Shown here one piece after another: positions 8,087-16,822 of a stretch of DNA of 47,204 nt (positions are counted from its first letter, which is position 1; the number at the start of each line of letters is the position of its first letter). The DNA lies in contig JAOTZH010000002.1 of NCBI GenBank assembly GCA_029861425.1, forward strand, positions 1 through 47,204, written 5' to 3'. The notes beneath the pieces are model-generated. The model did not search any database and was not told the origin of the DNA. It saw only the letters and a program-made list of their open reading frames with translations. Source of the DNA: Gemmatimonadota bacterium. GTDB taxonomy: Bacteria; Gemmatimonadota; Gemmatimonadetes; Palauibacterales; Palauibacteraceae. The translations under genes were made by a program, and so were the position numbers.

Positions 8087-10446
8087 GCCGCACCTCCCTT
8101 CGCGTTCTGGATCGTCTGCCAGACGCGCTCGGGCGTCGCCGGCATCGTCATTTCGGTGACACCGAGGTGTGAGAGCCCGTCGACCACCGAGTTGATCACC
8201 GCGGGGGCGGACGCGATCGTTCCGGCTTCGCCGATGCCCTTCACCCCCATCGGATTCGAGTTGCTCGGCGTCACGGTCCGGTCGAGCTCGAACACCGGCA
8301 TCTCCGCCGCCGACGGGACGAGGTAGTTGAGCATCGACGACGTTTCGAGCGTCCCGTCCTCGGCGTACCGGGCCTCCTCGTAGAGGGCCGCCGCGATTCC
8401 CTGAGCGACACCGCCATGCACCTGCCCGTCGACGATCTGCGGGTTTACGACGTTGCCGCAGTCGTCCACGGCCAGATAACGAGCGATCTCCACCTGGCCC
8501 GTCTCCATGTCTATCTCGGTGACGCACACGTGCGTTCCGAACGGAAAGGTGAAGTTCGGCGGGTCGAACACATGATGCGCCGTCAGCCCGGGCTCCTCGC
8601 CCTCGGGCAGACTGTGCGCGGTCCAGGCGGCATACGCGACCTCCTGGATCGACGTCTGCCGCTCCGGGACGCCCTTGACCGTGAACGTCCCGCCTTCGAA
8701 CTCGAGGTCCTCCGGGGCCACCTCGAGGCTGTGCGCCGCGAGCCGACGAGCCTTTTCGACGACGTGGCCGCAAGCGTTGTGAACCGCGACCCCCGCGACC
8801 GCGAGGCTACGGCTGCCGTAGGTGTTCATCCCGTGCGGGGCGACCTGCGTATCGCCATGGAGGACGATGACATCCTCGAACGACACCCCGAGGGCATCGG
8901 CGGCGATCTGCGACCAGGATGTGACGTGCCCCTGACCGTGCGGCGAGCTGCCTGTGACGACCTCCGCCTGGCCGGTCGGCAGTATGCGAACGGTCGCCGC
9001 GTCCCACCCACCGGCCCCGTAGTTCAGCGACCCCAGGACCTGGGACGGCGCGAGACCACACATCTCTACGTAGGTGGAGAAGCCGATCCCCAGCTGCCGG
9101 GTCGCACCGCGGGCCCGCCGCTCGGCCTGCTCGGCCCGCAGCGCTTCGTAGCCGAGCAGGTCGACCGCGTGGTCGAGGTTGGTCTCGTAGTCGGTCGTGT
9201 CGAACGCGAGACCACAGGGGCTCTCGACCATCTCGCCCTTCGGCAGGAAGTTCCGTCGTCGGATCTCGACCGGGTCGACACCCACCGCGCGACCCAGGGC
9301 GTCGATGGCCCGCTCGATCGCGTACGTGGCCTCCGGTCGCCCGGCTCCCCGGTACGCATCCGTCGGGGTCGTGTTCGTGAACACGCCGGTGCATTCGAAG
9401 TGGTAGGCCTCTCCTCCATAGGACCCGCAGAAGAGGAAGCCGCCGAGCAGCGGCGTTCCGGGCGTGATCAGCTGCAGGTACGCCCCCATATTGGCGAGGA
9501 TCGAGGCACGATAGCCCAGGATCTTCCCGGCGGAATCCGCCGCAAGCTCGATCTCCTGGATCTGATCGCGTCCGTGGATGGTCGCGACGTACCCCTCGCT
9601 GCGTCCCGCCACCCACCTCGTGGGTACTCCGAGCCGTCGCGCGAGAACAAGGCAGGTCACGTCTTCGGCGTAGATGTTGAGCTTCGAGCCGAACCCGCCC
9701 CCGACGTCCGGCGCGATCACCCGCAGCTTCGCCTCCGGGATGCCGGCTGTCAGGGCGAAGAGCACTTTCGCGATGTGAGGGATCTGGGTCGTCGACCAGA
9801 CCGTGAAATCGCCCGCCGCGGGCGTGGGCTGGACCACCACCGCGCGCGGCTCGATCGCGTTGGGGATCAGGCGCGGCTGCGTGTAGTGTTCCTTGATGAC
9901 GACGTCCGCTTTCGCGAAGGCCGCGTCGACATCGCCGTTCGTATGCGTCCAGGTGTAGCAGTCGTTGCTGTCGAACTGCTCATGAACCCTCGCAGCCCCG
10001 TCGGCCCTCGCGCTCTCGATGTCGACGACCGCGGGAAGCACTTCGTAGTCCACGTCGACCAGGTCGACGGCGTCGATGGCCTGCTCGCGGGTCTCGGCCA
10101 CCACCACCGCGACCGCGTCGCCCACGTAGCGGACCGCGTCCCTGGCGACCGGCCAGTGGTCGGGGATCCGGATGTCCTCGGTCACGGGCCAGGCCATGGG
10201 AAGGGCAGCCGCCCATTCGCCCGCCAGATCCTCGCCCGTGAAGACCGCCAGGACGCCCGGGGCGTTCGCCGCCGCCCCTGTGTCGATCCCATTGATCCTC
10301 GCCGCACCGTAGGGACTGCGCGCGAAGGCCACGTGCACCATCCCCGGCAGCGTGATCGACTCGACGAAGGAGCCCTGTCCGGTCAGAAGCGTCGGGTCCT
10401 CTTTCCGCAGGACTCCGCCGCCGACGTATCGTTCCGCAGTCGCCAT
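8083..10446 (-). CDS. coxL: Molybdopterin-binding large subunit of a xanthine-dehydrogenase-family enzyme (form II CoxL-like)
   Basis: 787 aa. Family blocks include GGGFGSK and AYRGAGRPEA (9337-9357), which is the form II-type active-site loop and not the AYxCSFR loop of bona fide CO dehydrogenases. Confidence 0.9.
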   Translation of the reverse strand: MATAERYVGGGVLRKEDPTLLTGQGSFVESITLPGMVHVAFARSPYGAARINGIDTGAAANAPGVLAVFTGEDLAGEWAAALPMAWPVTEDIRIPDHWPVARDAVRYVGDAVAVVVAETREQAIDAVDLVDVDYEVLPAVVDIESARADGAARVHEQFDSNDCYTWTHTNGDVDAAFAKADVVIKEHYTQPRLIPNAIEPRAVVVQPTPAAGDFTVWSTTQIPHIAKVLFALTAGIPEAKLRVIAPDVGGGFGSKLNIYAEDVTCLVLARRLGVPTRWVAGRSEGYVATIHGRDQIQEIELAADSAGKILGYRASILANMGAYLQLITPGTPLLGGFLFCGSYGGEAYHFECTGVFTNTTPTDAYRGAGRPEATYAIERAIDALGRAVGVDPVEIRRRNFLPKGEMVESPCGLAFDTTDYETNLDHAVDLLGYEALRAEQAERRARGATRQLGIGFSTYVEMCGLAPSQVLGSLNYGAGGWDAATVRILPTGQAEVVTGSSPHGQGHVTSWSQIAADALGVSFEDVIVLHGDTQVAPHGMNTYGSRSLAVAGVAVHNACGHVVEKARRLAAHSLEVAPEDLEFEGGTFTVKGVPERQTSIQEVAYAAWTAHSLPEGEEPGLTAHHVFDPPNFTFPFGTHVCVTEIDMETGQVEIARYLAVDDCGNVVNPQIVDGQVHGGVAQGIAAALYEEARYAEDGTLETSSMLNYLVPSAAEMPVFELDRTVTPSNSNPMGVKGIGEAGTIASAPAVINSVVDGLSHLGVTEMTMPATPERVWQTIQNAKGGAA

Positions 10447-10453
10447 GATCGCC

Positions 10454-10936
10454 TCAGCTCGCTGCCGCGGAGGACCGCATGTCTTCGGCCGCCGCGAGTA
10501 CCGCGTTTACGATGTTCTGGTAGCCCGTGCACCGGCACAGGTTGCCCTCGAGCGCATGTCGGATCTCCTGGTCCGTCGGGTCCGGGTTCTCCGAGAGGAT
10601 TCCGACCGAGGCCATCAACATCCCTGGTGTGCAGAACCCGCACTGCAGTCCGTGATGTTCGTGGAAGGCCTGCTGAATCGGATGCCAGTCGCCGTCCTCC
10701 GCGAGACCCTCGACGGTCGTCACCCGCGCACCGTCGGCCTGGACCGCGAGCGCCGTGCATGACTTCACCGACTGTCCGTTCAAGAGCACCGTGCACGCAC
10801 CGCAAGAGGATGTGTCGCACCCGATGTGCGTGCCGGTCAGACCGAGTCGTTCACGAAGGAAATAGGCGAGCAGCGTTCGCGGCTCGACATCGGCCTCGTG
10901 CTGAACCCCGTTAACGCTCAGCGAGATGCGGGTCAT
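10454..10936 (-). CDS. coxS: [2Fe-2S] small subunit (CoxS-like)
   Basis: Two ferredoxin cysteine clusters: [12 protein letters not shown] and CGFCTPGM ... CRCTGY. Lies 7 nt upstream of the large subunit. Confidence 0.9.
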   Translation of the reverse strand: MTRISLSVNGVQHEADVEPRTLLAYFLRERLGLTGTHIGCDTSSCGACTVLLNGQSVKSCTALAVQADGARVTTVEGLAEDGDWHPIQQAFHEHHGLQCGFCTPGMLMASVGILSENPDPTDQEIRHALEGNLCRCTGYQNIVNAVLAAAEDMRSSAAAS

Positions 10937-11335
10937 GCGGCCTCTCCTGGCTGGTCCCGAATCGTCGGCCGGACGCCGAGGGCGTCGAGCCGTCCTGCCC
11001 CGGACGAGAGGCCTGGAGGGCGGATCCTCCGACCGGGGCCCCTAGTGTAGAAGCGGCCGGTCGAAGGCGGCAAGACGGTCGGACATAACGGTCTGTAGCG
11101 GCCCCGCACCGTCCGAACGCTCAGGCTGCGGCGCGTCTCGCGTTCACGAACTGCAGTGTGAGCCACGCGATCGACGGTGGCGCACCTCCCCGCGTGTGCC
11201 CAGGCTTTGCAGGGCTCCGCGCGGAAGGCCAACGCCCTCGCCCGGCACAGGGCGCGCGGGAGCGACGTGAAGAAGAGCCCTCGCCCCGGGGTACTCAGCA
11301 GGAGACACTCGAGCGCAGGAAGGCCGGAGAGAGCC

Positions 11336-12457
11336 GTGTACACCACGTGCATTTACTGCCATCACGATCTCGGGTCGAACGAAGCCGTCGAGGAGTTCCC
11401 CGTCGGCCGCCGGCTGGCGTTCGACGCCGCAATGGGTCGTCTGTGGGTCGTGTGCCGTCGCTGCGAGCGCTGGAACCTCTCTCCACTCGACACACGCTGG
11501 GAGGCGATCGAGGCGTGCGAGCGCCGGTTTCGGGACACCCGACTGAGGGTCTCTTCAGACAATATCGGGCTCGCGCGACTCGCCGAGGGCCTCGAGCTGG
11601 TCCGTGTCGGACAACCGCACCGAGACGAGTTCGCCGCCTGGCGGTATGGGGACCAGTTCGGCCGTCGTCGCAAGCGAGCCATCGCCTATAGCGCCGCGGG
11701 CGGCGCGGCCGTGAGCGCCGTTCTCATCGGAGGCGCCGCCGCGGGGGTGTCGATCGGAGCGTTCGGGGGCATGATCGGCGTGGTCCAGCAATGGTGGCTC
11801 GACCGCACGGTGGATCGGCTTTGGGACGAATCAGGCGAGCCGGTCCGGGTCCAGCGGCGGCATCTCTACACGTCCCGTCTGATCCCCACCTACGACAATG
11901 CGTGGGAGCTGGTCGTGGATCACGTTCCGGGGTGGAAGAAGGGTGACACGGTCGATAAGGCGCGTCGATCGATGATCGTGAGCGGCGACGAGGCCGTGCG
12001 CCTTGGCAGCAGGCTGATGGCTCAGGCCAACCGGCGTGGTGGAAAGAAGAGCGTGGTCAGGGATGCCGTCGCCCGCATCGAGGCAGCCGGGCATCCGGAT
12101 GCGTTTTTGCCGCAGATCGCCCGGACCGCCGAGCGGGACTACCTGGCTTCGGGCAAGACGGATCTCAGCGAGAAGAAGCTGAAGCGACTCAACAAGCCGA
12201 TCCCCGGGTCGCTCGCCGGCCTTGGGGACGACGTACGGCTCGCCGTGGAGATGGCGACGCAGGAGCAGTCCGAGCGAGAGGCCATGCAGGGCGAGCTGAA
12301 GGCCCTCGAGGCCATGTGGCGGCAGGCGGAAGAGATCGCACACATCGCGGACAACCTCTTCGTGCCGGAGAGCGTGGACGCGTTCATTCGTCGAGAACGC
12401 GGCGGGGCCCGCGAGACGGACGATACCGGGTTGTCCGCGCCGCGCGAACGCAACTAG
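11336..12457 (+). CDS. Hypothetical protein: N-terminal CxxC...CxxC zinc ribbon, central Gly/Ala-rich membrane segment, C-terminal coiled-coil region
   Basis: ORF 11177..12457. Preferred start is GTG 11336 (GGAGAGAG just upstream), which puts CIYC...CRRC at the extreme N-terminus. The upstream in-frame 53 codons also have high third-position GC, so starts at 11177 or 11267 cannot be excluded. Hydrophobic stretch AAGGAAVSAVLIGGAAAGVSIGAFGGMIGVV. I recognise no family. Confidence 0.55.
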   Translation: MYTTCIYCHHDLGSNEAVEEFPVGRRLAFDAAMGRLWVVCRRCERWNLSPLDTRWEAIEACERRFRDTRLRVSSDNIGLARLAEGLELVRVGQPHRDEFAAWRYGDQFGRRRKRAIAYSAAGGAAVSAVLIGGAAAGVSIGAFGGMIGVVQQWWLDRTVDRLWDESGEPVRVQRRHLYTSRLIPTYDNAWELVVDHVPGWKKGDTVDKARRSMIVSGDEAVRLGSRLMAQANRRGGKKSVVRDAVARIEAAGHPDAFLPQIARTAERDYLASGKTDLSEKKLKRLNKPIPGSLAGLGDDVRLAVEMATQEQSEREAMQGELKALEAMWRQAEEIAHIADNLFVPESVDAFIRRERGGARETDDTGLSAPRERN

Positions 12458-12483
12458 TGTTCGTGCCCCCCGAGGGAGGACAC

Positions 12484-12864
12484 ATGCGGAAGAAACAGCT
12501 CATCGTCGTCGGCGATCGCGTGCTCATCGAGCCCGAAGAGGGCGAAGATCGCTCGAAAGTCGGCCTGTATTTGCCGCCGACCGCGATCGACAAACAGGCG
12601 GTCCAGGGCGGCACGGTCGTCGCGGTCGGGCCAGGCACGCCGGTCGGCCCACCGGCGGAGCTCGACGACGAGCCGTGGAAGATCGGATCCACGGAGGCGA
12701 AGTACATGCCGATGCAGGCGCGAGACGGCGACTACGCCCTCTTTTTCCGGAAGGCCGCCGTCGAGATCACCTTCGAAGGAACGACGTATCTGGTGGTCCC
12801 ACAGGGTGCGATTCTCACCCTCGTTCGTGAAGAACCGGAGGGCTTCGACCCCTCCTTTCTCTGA
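12484..12864 (+). CDS. GroES/Cpn10-family co-chaperonin paralogue (orphan, with enlarged insertion)
   Basis: ORF 12316..12864 trimmed to ATG 12484, preceded by GAGGGAGGA. MRKKQLIVVGDRVLIEPEEGEDRSKVGLYLPPTA...QGGTVVAVGPG...GDYALFFRKAAVEITFEGTTYLVVPQGAILTLV aligns block-for-block with GroES (DRVIVK..., mobile loop, G.V.AVG.G, GD.V.F, ...ILA.V). Confidence 0.7.
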   Translation: MRKKQLIVVGDRVLIEPEEGEDRSKVGLYLPPTAIDKQAVQGGTVVAVGPGTPVGPPAELDDEPWKIGSTEAKYMPMQARDGDYALFFRKAAVEITFEGTTYLVVPQGAILTLVREEPEGFDPSFL

Positions 12865-13071
12865 GCCAAGGTCGGTTCCCGCCCGTCGGCATTCTGCCCG
12901 TTCTCGGGCGGATTCGGGATGCCGACGACACGGCCTCGCCTGCCGAAACGGCACTCCATGGTGTAACCCAGTCTTCCAGAGTGGCTTGGCGCGCCGCCCA
13001 AACCCCTTGATTCGCGCACGGAGGTTGCCTCTCTCGCGCGCGGACAGATGTGCGTGTGAAGGGGGGAAAGG

Positions 13072-14190
13072 GTGCCACGAGCGATTCTCAACCGAACGTC
13101 TGCAGGGGCGGCCGCGATGGCCGCGTTGGCCGTCGTGGGCTGCAGCAGCGATTCCGTCACCGGGCTCGGCGAGTCCTTCGATGCCCGGGCGTCTGCCGCG
13201 ATCGTCGAGACCGCGGTCTCTTCCGAATGGGTGAACCTGAGCAGCGGCCACGCGAGCATGATCGTGCTCGCGGTCAAGAACGCGCCCGCCGCCAGCATCA
13301 TCCCGGGACTCGATGAAGACCGACTCGGGGCGCTCCGGAATCGTGATGGCAACTCGATCGCCGGACGCATCAAGAGCTCGGTCACGGCGCCGAGCCTCTC
13401 GGTCACGGGCCGGAACGGCATCCTCCCGGACCAGGTGCTCGGGAAGACATTCACCCTCGCCGGTCAGACTGCCGGCGGGTATGGGCTCCTGGAGGACTCG
13501 GAGGGCGCCCCCGAGGACGGTGCGAGGTTCCTCATGTACGAGCTGGACCCCGTCACCGGGCGCCCCAGGCTGATTCCACCTTCGCGAGCCGGCCAGCTCG
13601 ACCTGCGGGAGCCAGTTCCGAACGCGGGTCTCGAGGTCTACGCCACCGACAAGAGCGGCGATGTCCTCAGCGACCTGACGCTCGCCCGGACCGTCATCGA
13701 CGACGGTAGCAACTACTCGAGCACCCTCACCTCGTCAGGCGCGCTCGTCAAAGGTTCGCGCTTCGAGTTCTCGATGATCGACCACGTCGCCTTCAGCAAC
13801 GGGTTCAATCGGGTCGACTTCCAATTCGACCGGGACATCCAGTCGCAGGAGCGAGACATCCACGTCACGTACGAAACGGACGGGTATATCACGTCGAGCG
13901 AGACCGACCAGGGGCAGGTCCACCTGGTGATGACCCTTCGCTCCGGCGGACACACGGTAGTCCTCGACGCCGTCGACGACGGCGTGGTCGTGATCGGTGA
14001 CGTGACCTACGACGGAGTGGCGGTGGTGAACATCTCCGGTGATCCGTTCGAGCCCACCTTCACGCGTCCGGACGGGTCGTTCCTGGCCGAAGGGGAGCTC
14101 AACGACATGTGGGAGTTCTGGCACTCCTTCGACCTCGTGCTCTACTTCGGAGATGCCCTCGTAATCCCGTTGTCGACGCTGATTCTGTAA
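13072..14190 (+). CDS. Hypothetical lipoprotein
   Basis: GTG start with AAGGGGGG upstream. Signal peptide plus lipobox (AAAMAALAVVGC-SSDS). High third-position GC throughout. No recognisable family. Confidence 0.6.
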   Translation: MPRAILNRTSAGAAAMAALAVVGCSSDSVTGLGESFDARASAAIVETAVSSEWVNLSSGHASMIVLAVKNAPAASIIPGLDEDRLGALRNRDGNSIAGRIKSSVTAPSLSVTGRNGILPDQVLGKTFTLAGQTAGGYGLLEDSEGAPEDGARFLMYELDPVTGRPRLIPPSRAGQLDLREPVPNAGLEVYATDKSGDVLSDLTLARTVIDDGSNYSSTLTSSGALVKGSRFEFSMIDHVAFSNGFNRVDFQFDRDIQSQERDIHVTYETDGYITSSETDQGQVHLVMTLRSGGHTVVLDAVDDGVVVIGDVTYDGVAVVNISGDPFEPTFTRPDGSFLAEGELNDMWEFWHSFDLVLYFGDALVIPLSTLIL

Positions 14191-14218
14191 CCGTCGACCG
14201 GCAGGGAGGGGACTGCGA

Positions 14219-14246
14219 CGGCCCCGGCGAGCACCCGCCGGGGCCG
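14219..14246. terminator. GC-rich hairpin between convergent genes (candidate bidirectional terminator)
   Basis: cggccccggcg (14219-14229), loop agcacc, cgccggggccg (14236-14246). This is a perfect 11-bp stem in the 67-bp gap between the stops at 14190 (+) and 14258 (-). Only a weak T tract (ttcc) follows. Confidence 0.4.
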
Positions 14247-14257
14247 TTCCGCATCCA

Positions 14258-14731
14258 CTACCTCCGCAACCGGGTGCTCGACTCGAGTTCCCGGGTAGAG
14301 CAGTTGACCTTCCATGCCTGAACACGGGCCGTCACGTCGACCGAATCGCCGGGTCTTCCCACTCGCACACGACCGAGCATCCCGTCTGAGCTCTCCCGCA
14401 GCGCCAGTCCGGCTGGAACCCGTCGATCCGCCCAGACCACCCACAGGGTATCCGCGCGCACGAACCATCTGTACGGCGGCGCTCCGGCCTCATCCAGGGG
14501 GCGAGCCCGATAGGTCGGCTGCACCCTCCCCCATTCATCGAGCGAATCGGGCACCAGCATGAGGTACTCGGGAACCGGCGCGACGTCCGGCGGGCCCTCC
14601 GGCCACGGCTGGGCCATGAGCCGGTAGCACCCGGGCAGGTCCCAGAGGTTCAGACCGGAGGGCGGAAGCGGCTCGACGGCTTCACCCTCCCGGAACCTCG
14701 CCCAGAGGCTGAGCCAGGTCAGGACGATCAC
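14258..14731 (-). CDS. Hypothetical protein (possible N-terminal membrane anchor; start uncertain)
   Basis: 157-aa ORF with good third-position GC bias. The first canonical start (GTG 14731) falls inside a hydrophobic segment (see finding). No family recognised. Confidence 0.4.
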   Translation of the reverse strand: MIVLTWLSLWARFREGEAVEPLPPSGLNLWDLPGCYRLMAQPWPEGPPDVAPVPEYLMLVPDSLDEWGRVQPTYRARPLDEAGAPPYRWFVRADTLWVVWADRRVPAGLALRESSDGMLGRVRVGRPGDSVDVTARVQAWKVNCSTRELESSTRLRR

Positions 14732-14889
14732 GAACGCGGTCAGGCCGATCCAGCGCCGACGGGCCGTCTCCCACCTCCCTTTGCGCGAGTGGAATCAGCG
14801 GATGCGATGGGAATCACGATGTCCGGTGCCCCTTCGGGTCGCAAATCCGGCTGCACCGCGGTAGCATCCCGTGCCTTCGGGCCGAGGCC

Positions 14890-16794
14890 ATGAAGGTGCA
14901 GCCGCCATCTCGACTCACACCGACTGAGGTACGTCACCCGGTGGAACTCCGTAACATCGCCATCATCGCACATGTCGATCATGGAAAGACGACTCTCGTG
15001 GACCAGATGCTTCGCCAGGCCGGAGTATTCGCCGCTCACGAGCAGGTGCGAGATCGAGTGATGGACTCGAACCCACTCGAGCGCGAGCGCGGGATCACCA
15101 TCCTCTCCAAGAACACCTCTGTCCGATGGCGCGACGCGAAGATCAACATCGTCGATACTCCTGGCCACGCGGACTTCGGAGGCGAGGTCGAGCGCATCCT
15201 GCGGATGGTCGACGGAGTGCTTCTGCTCGTCGACGCGGCGGAGGGGCCGATGCCACAAACCCGCTTCGTCACGCGCAAAGCCCTGGCGCTCGGACTGACG
15301 CCCGTGGTCGTGGTGAACAAGATCGACCGCGTCGACTCCCGCGCGTACGCGGTACATGACGAGGTACTCGAGCTCTTTCTGGAACTCGATGCGAACGAGG
15401 CACAGCTGGACGCGGCGTTTCTGTACGCGAGCGGACGGGACGGCTGGGCCGTTCGGGAGGAGGCCGAACCGAGGGAGAGCCTGGAGCCCCTGTTCGCGAC
15501 CATTCTGGAGTCCGTGCCGGCCCCCGAGGGCGACCCCGATGGTCCGTTCCAGATGCTGTGTTCGACCCTCGATCACTCGAGCTACGTCGGACGGATCGCG
15601 ATCGGGCGAATCGAGCGCGGCCGCGTGTCGGAGGGAGATCAGGTCGCTCTCCTGCCGATCGGAGACCCGGGCGTGGTCGTGGGCGGCGAAGAGGCGCTGA
15701 CCGCGAAGGTGCTCAAGATCTACGGGTTCGAAGGGCTGGAAAGGGCCGAGGTGGATTCGGCGGAAGCGGGCGACATCGTGGCCCTGGCGGGGCTCGAAGG
15801 CGTCGAGATCGGGCAGACGATCACGGACCCCGGTCATCCGGAACGGCTTCGCGGGATCGCGGTGGAGCGTCCGACCCTGTCCGTCGACTTCCGAGTGAAT
15901 GACTCGCCCTTCTCGGGCCGGGCCGGCAAGTACGTCACGACCCGTCAGCTGCGCGAACGGCTCCATCGCGAGCTGGAGAGGAACGTGGCCCTCCGCGTCG
16001 AGGACACCGATTCGCCCGACACCTTCGCGGTGTCGGGCCGTGGCGAGCTCCACCTCACGATCCTGATGGAGACGATGCGTCGGGAAGGCTACGAATTCTC
16101 GGTCTCGCGCCCGCGGGTGATCCTGCGCGAGGGACCGGACGGAGAGGTGCTGGAGCCCTATGAGGACGCGGTGGTGGAGGTGCCCCAGGAGATGGTCGGC
16201 GTCGTCATGGAGAAGCTGGGGTCGCGGCGAGGCGAGATGATCGAAATGCGACCGACCGACGCAGGCCCGGTGCGGCTCCGGTTCAAGATCCCTGCGCGGG
16301 GTCTCTTCGGATACCGTTCCGAGTTCATGACGGACACGCGCGGAGAGGGTCAGCTGCACCACCGGTTCCTCGAGTACGGGCCGCGAGCGGGCCATCTACA
16401 GAGCCGGAGACGCGGGGTGATGGTCGCTGACCGTGAAGGCAAGTCGATCGCGTTCGCCATCCAGAACCTCCAGGAGCGAGCGACGATGTTCGTGAGTCCC
16501 GGAGTTGAGATCTACAGCGGGATGATCGTGGGCGAGCACGTCCGACCCGGAGACCTCGAGGTCAATGTCTCGAAGGAGAAGAAGCTCACGAACATGAGGG
16601 CCGCGTCGGCCGATGAGAACGTCCGGCTCGAGCCACCTCGTGATCTGACCCTCGAGCTGGCGCTCGAGTTCATCAACGATGACGAATTGATCGAGGTCAC
16701 TCCCGACGCGATTCGTCTGCGCAAGCGTCTGCTCGATCCCAGCGAGCGAAAGAAGGCCATGCGGAAGGCGGCCGCGGAGGCCCGCGGGGAATAG
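14890..16794 (+). CDS. typA: Translational GTPase TypA/BipA
   Basis: [39 protein letters not shown] and NKID G-motifs, and full-length collinearity with BipA. The true start may be GTG 14941 (VELRNIAII..), which matches the usual BipA N-terminal length. Confidence 0.95.
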   Translation: MKVQPPSRLTPTEVRHPVELRNIAIIAHVDHGKTTLVDQMLRQAGVFAAHEQVRDRVMDSNPLERERGITILSKNTSVRWRDAKINIVDTPGHADFGGEVERILRMVDGVLLLVDAAEGPMPQTRFVTRKALALGLTPVVVVNKIDRVDSRAYAVHDEVLELFLELDANEAQLDAAFLYASGRDGWAVREEAEPRESLEPLFATILESVPAPEGDPDGPFQMLCSTLDHSSYVGRIAIGRIERGRVSEGDQVALLPIGDPGVVVGGEEALTAKVLKIYGFEGLERAEVDSAEAGDIVALAGLEGVEIGQTITDPGHPERLRGIAVERPTLSVDFRVNDSPFSGRAGKYVTTRQLRERLHRELERNVALRVEDTDSPDTFAVSGRGELHLTILMETMRREGYEFSVSRPRVILREGPDGEVLEPYEDAVVEVPQEMVGVVMEKLGSRRGEMIEMRPTDAGPVRLRFKIPARGLFGYRSEFMTDTRGEGQLHHRFLEYGPRAGHLQSRRRGVMVADREGKSIAFAIQNLQERATMFVSPGVEIYSGMIVGEHVRPGDLEVNVSKEKKLTNMRAASADENVRLEPPRDLTLELALEFINDDELIEVTPDAIRLRKRLLDPSERKKAMRKAAAEARGE

Positions 16795-16822
16795 TCCTCG
16801 CGAGCCCCGAGCCGCAGGTCGG

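Noticed and set aside
8416-10914. 832-aa plus-strand ORF antisense to the coxL/coxS genes. Similar long antisense ORFs occur at 5077-7059, 14740-16395, 21534-22973, 34900-36687, 36749-39484 and 44810-46279.
   Set aside because: All lie opposite genes with clear family signatures. They translate to Arg/Pro/Gly/Asp-rich low-complexity sequence with no recognisable motifs. Long stop-free antisense frames are expected in very GC-rich DNA.
10937-11176. Possible Moco riboswitch or other structured leader in the 240-400 bp region upstream of coxS (minus strand). It contains GCCCTCC and CAGGAGAGG-like elements.
   Set aside because: This is only a vague resemblance to short fragments I remember from the Moco motif, and I cannot fold or score it by eye. 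A covariance-model scan (Rfam Moco_RNA_motif) would be decisive. A significant hit on the minus strand would overturn this rejection.
12879-12911. Inverted repeat CCGCCCG-N19-CGGGCGG downstream of the GroES-like gene, considered as a terminator.
   Set aside because: The stem is short (7 bp), the loop is long (19 nt), and no T tract follows. This is too weak to call.
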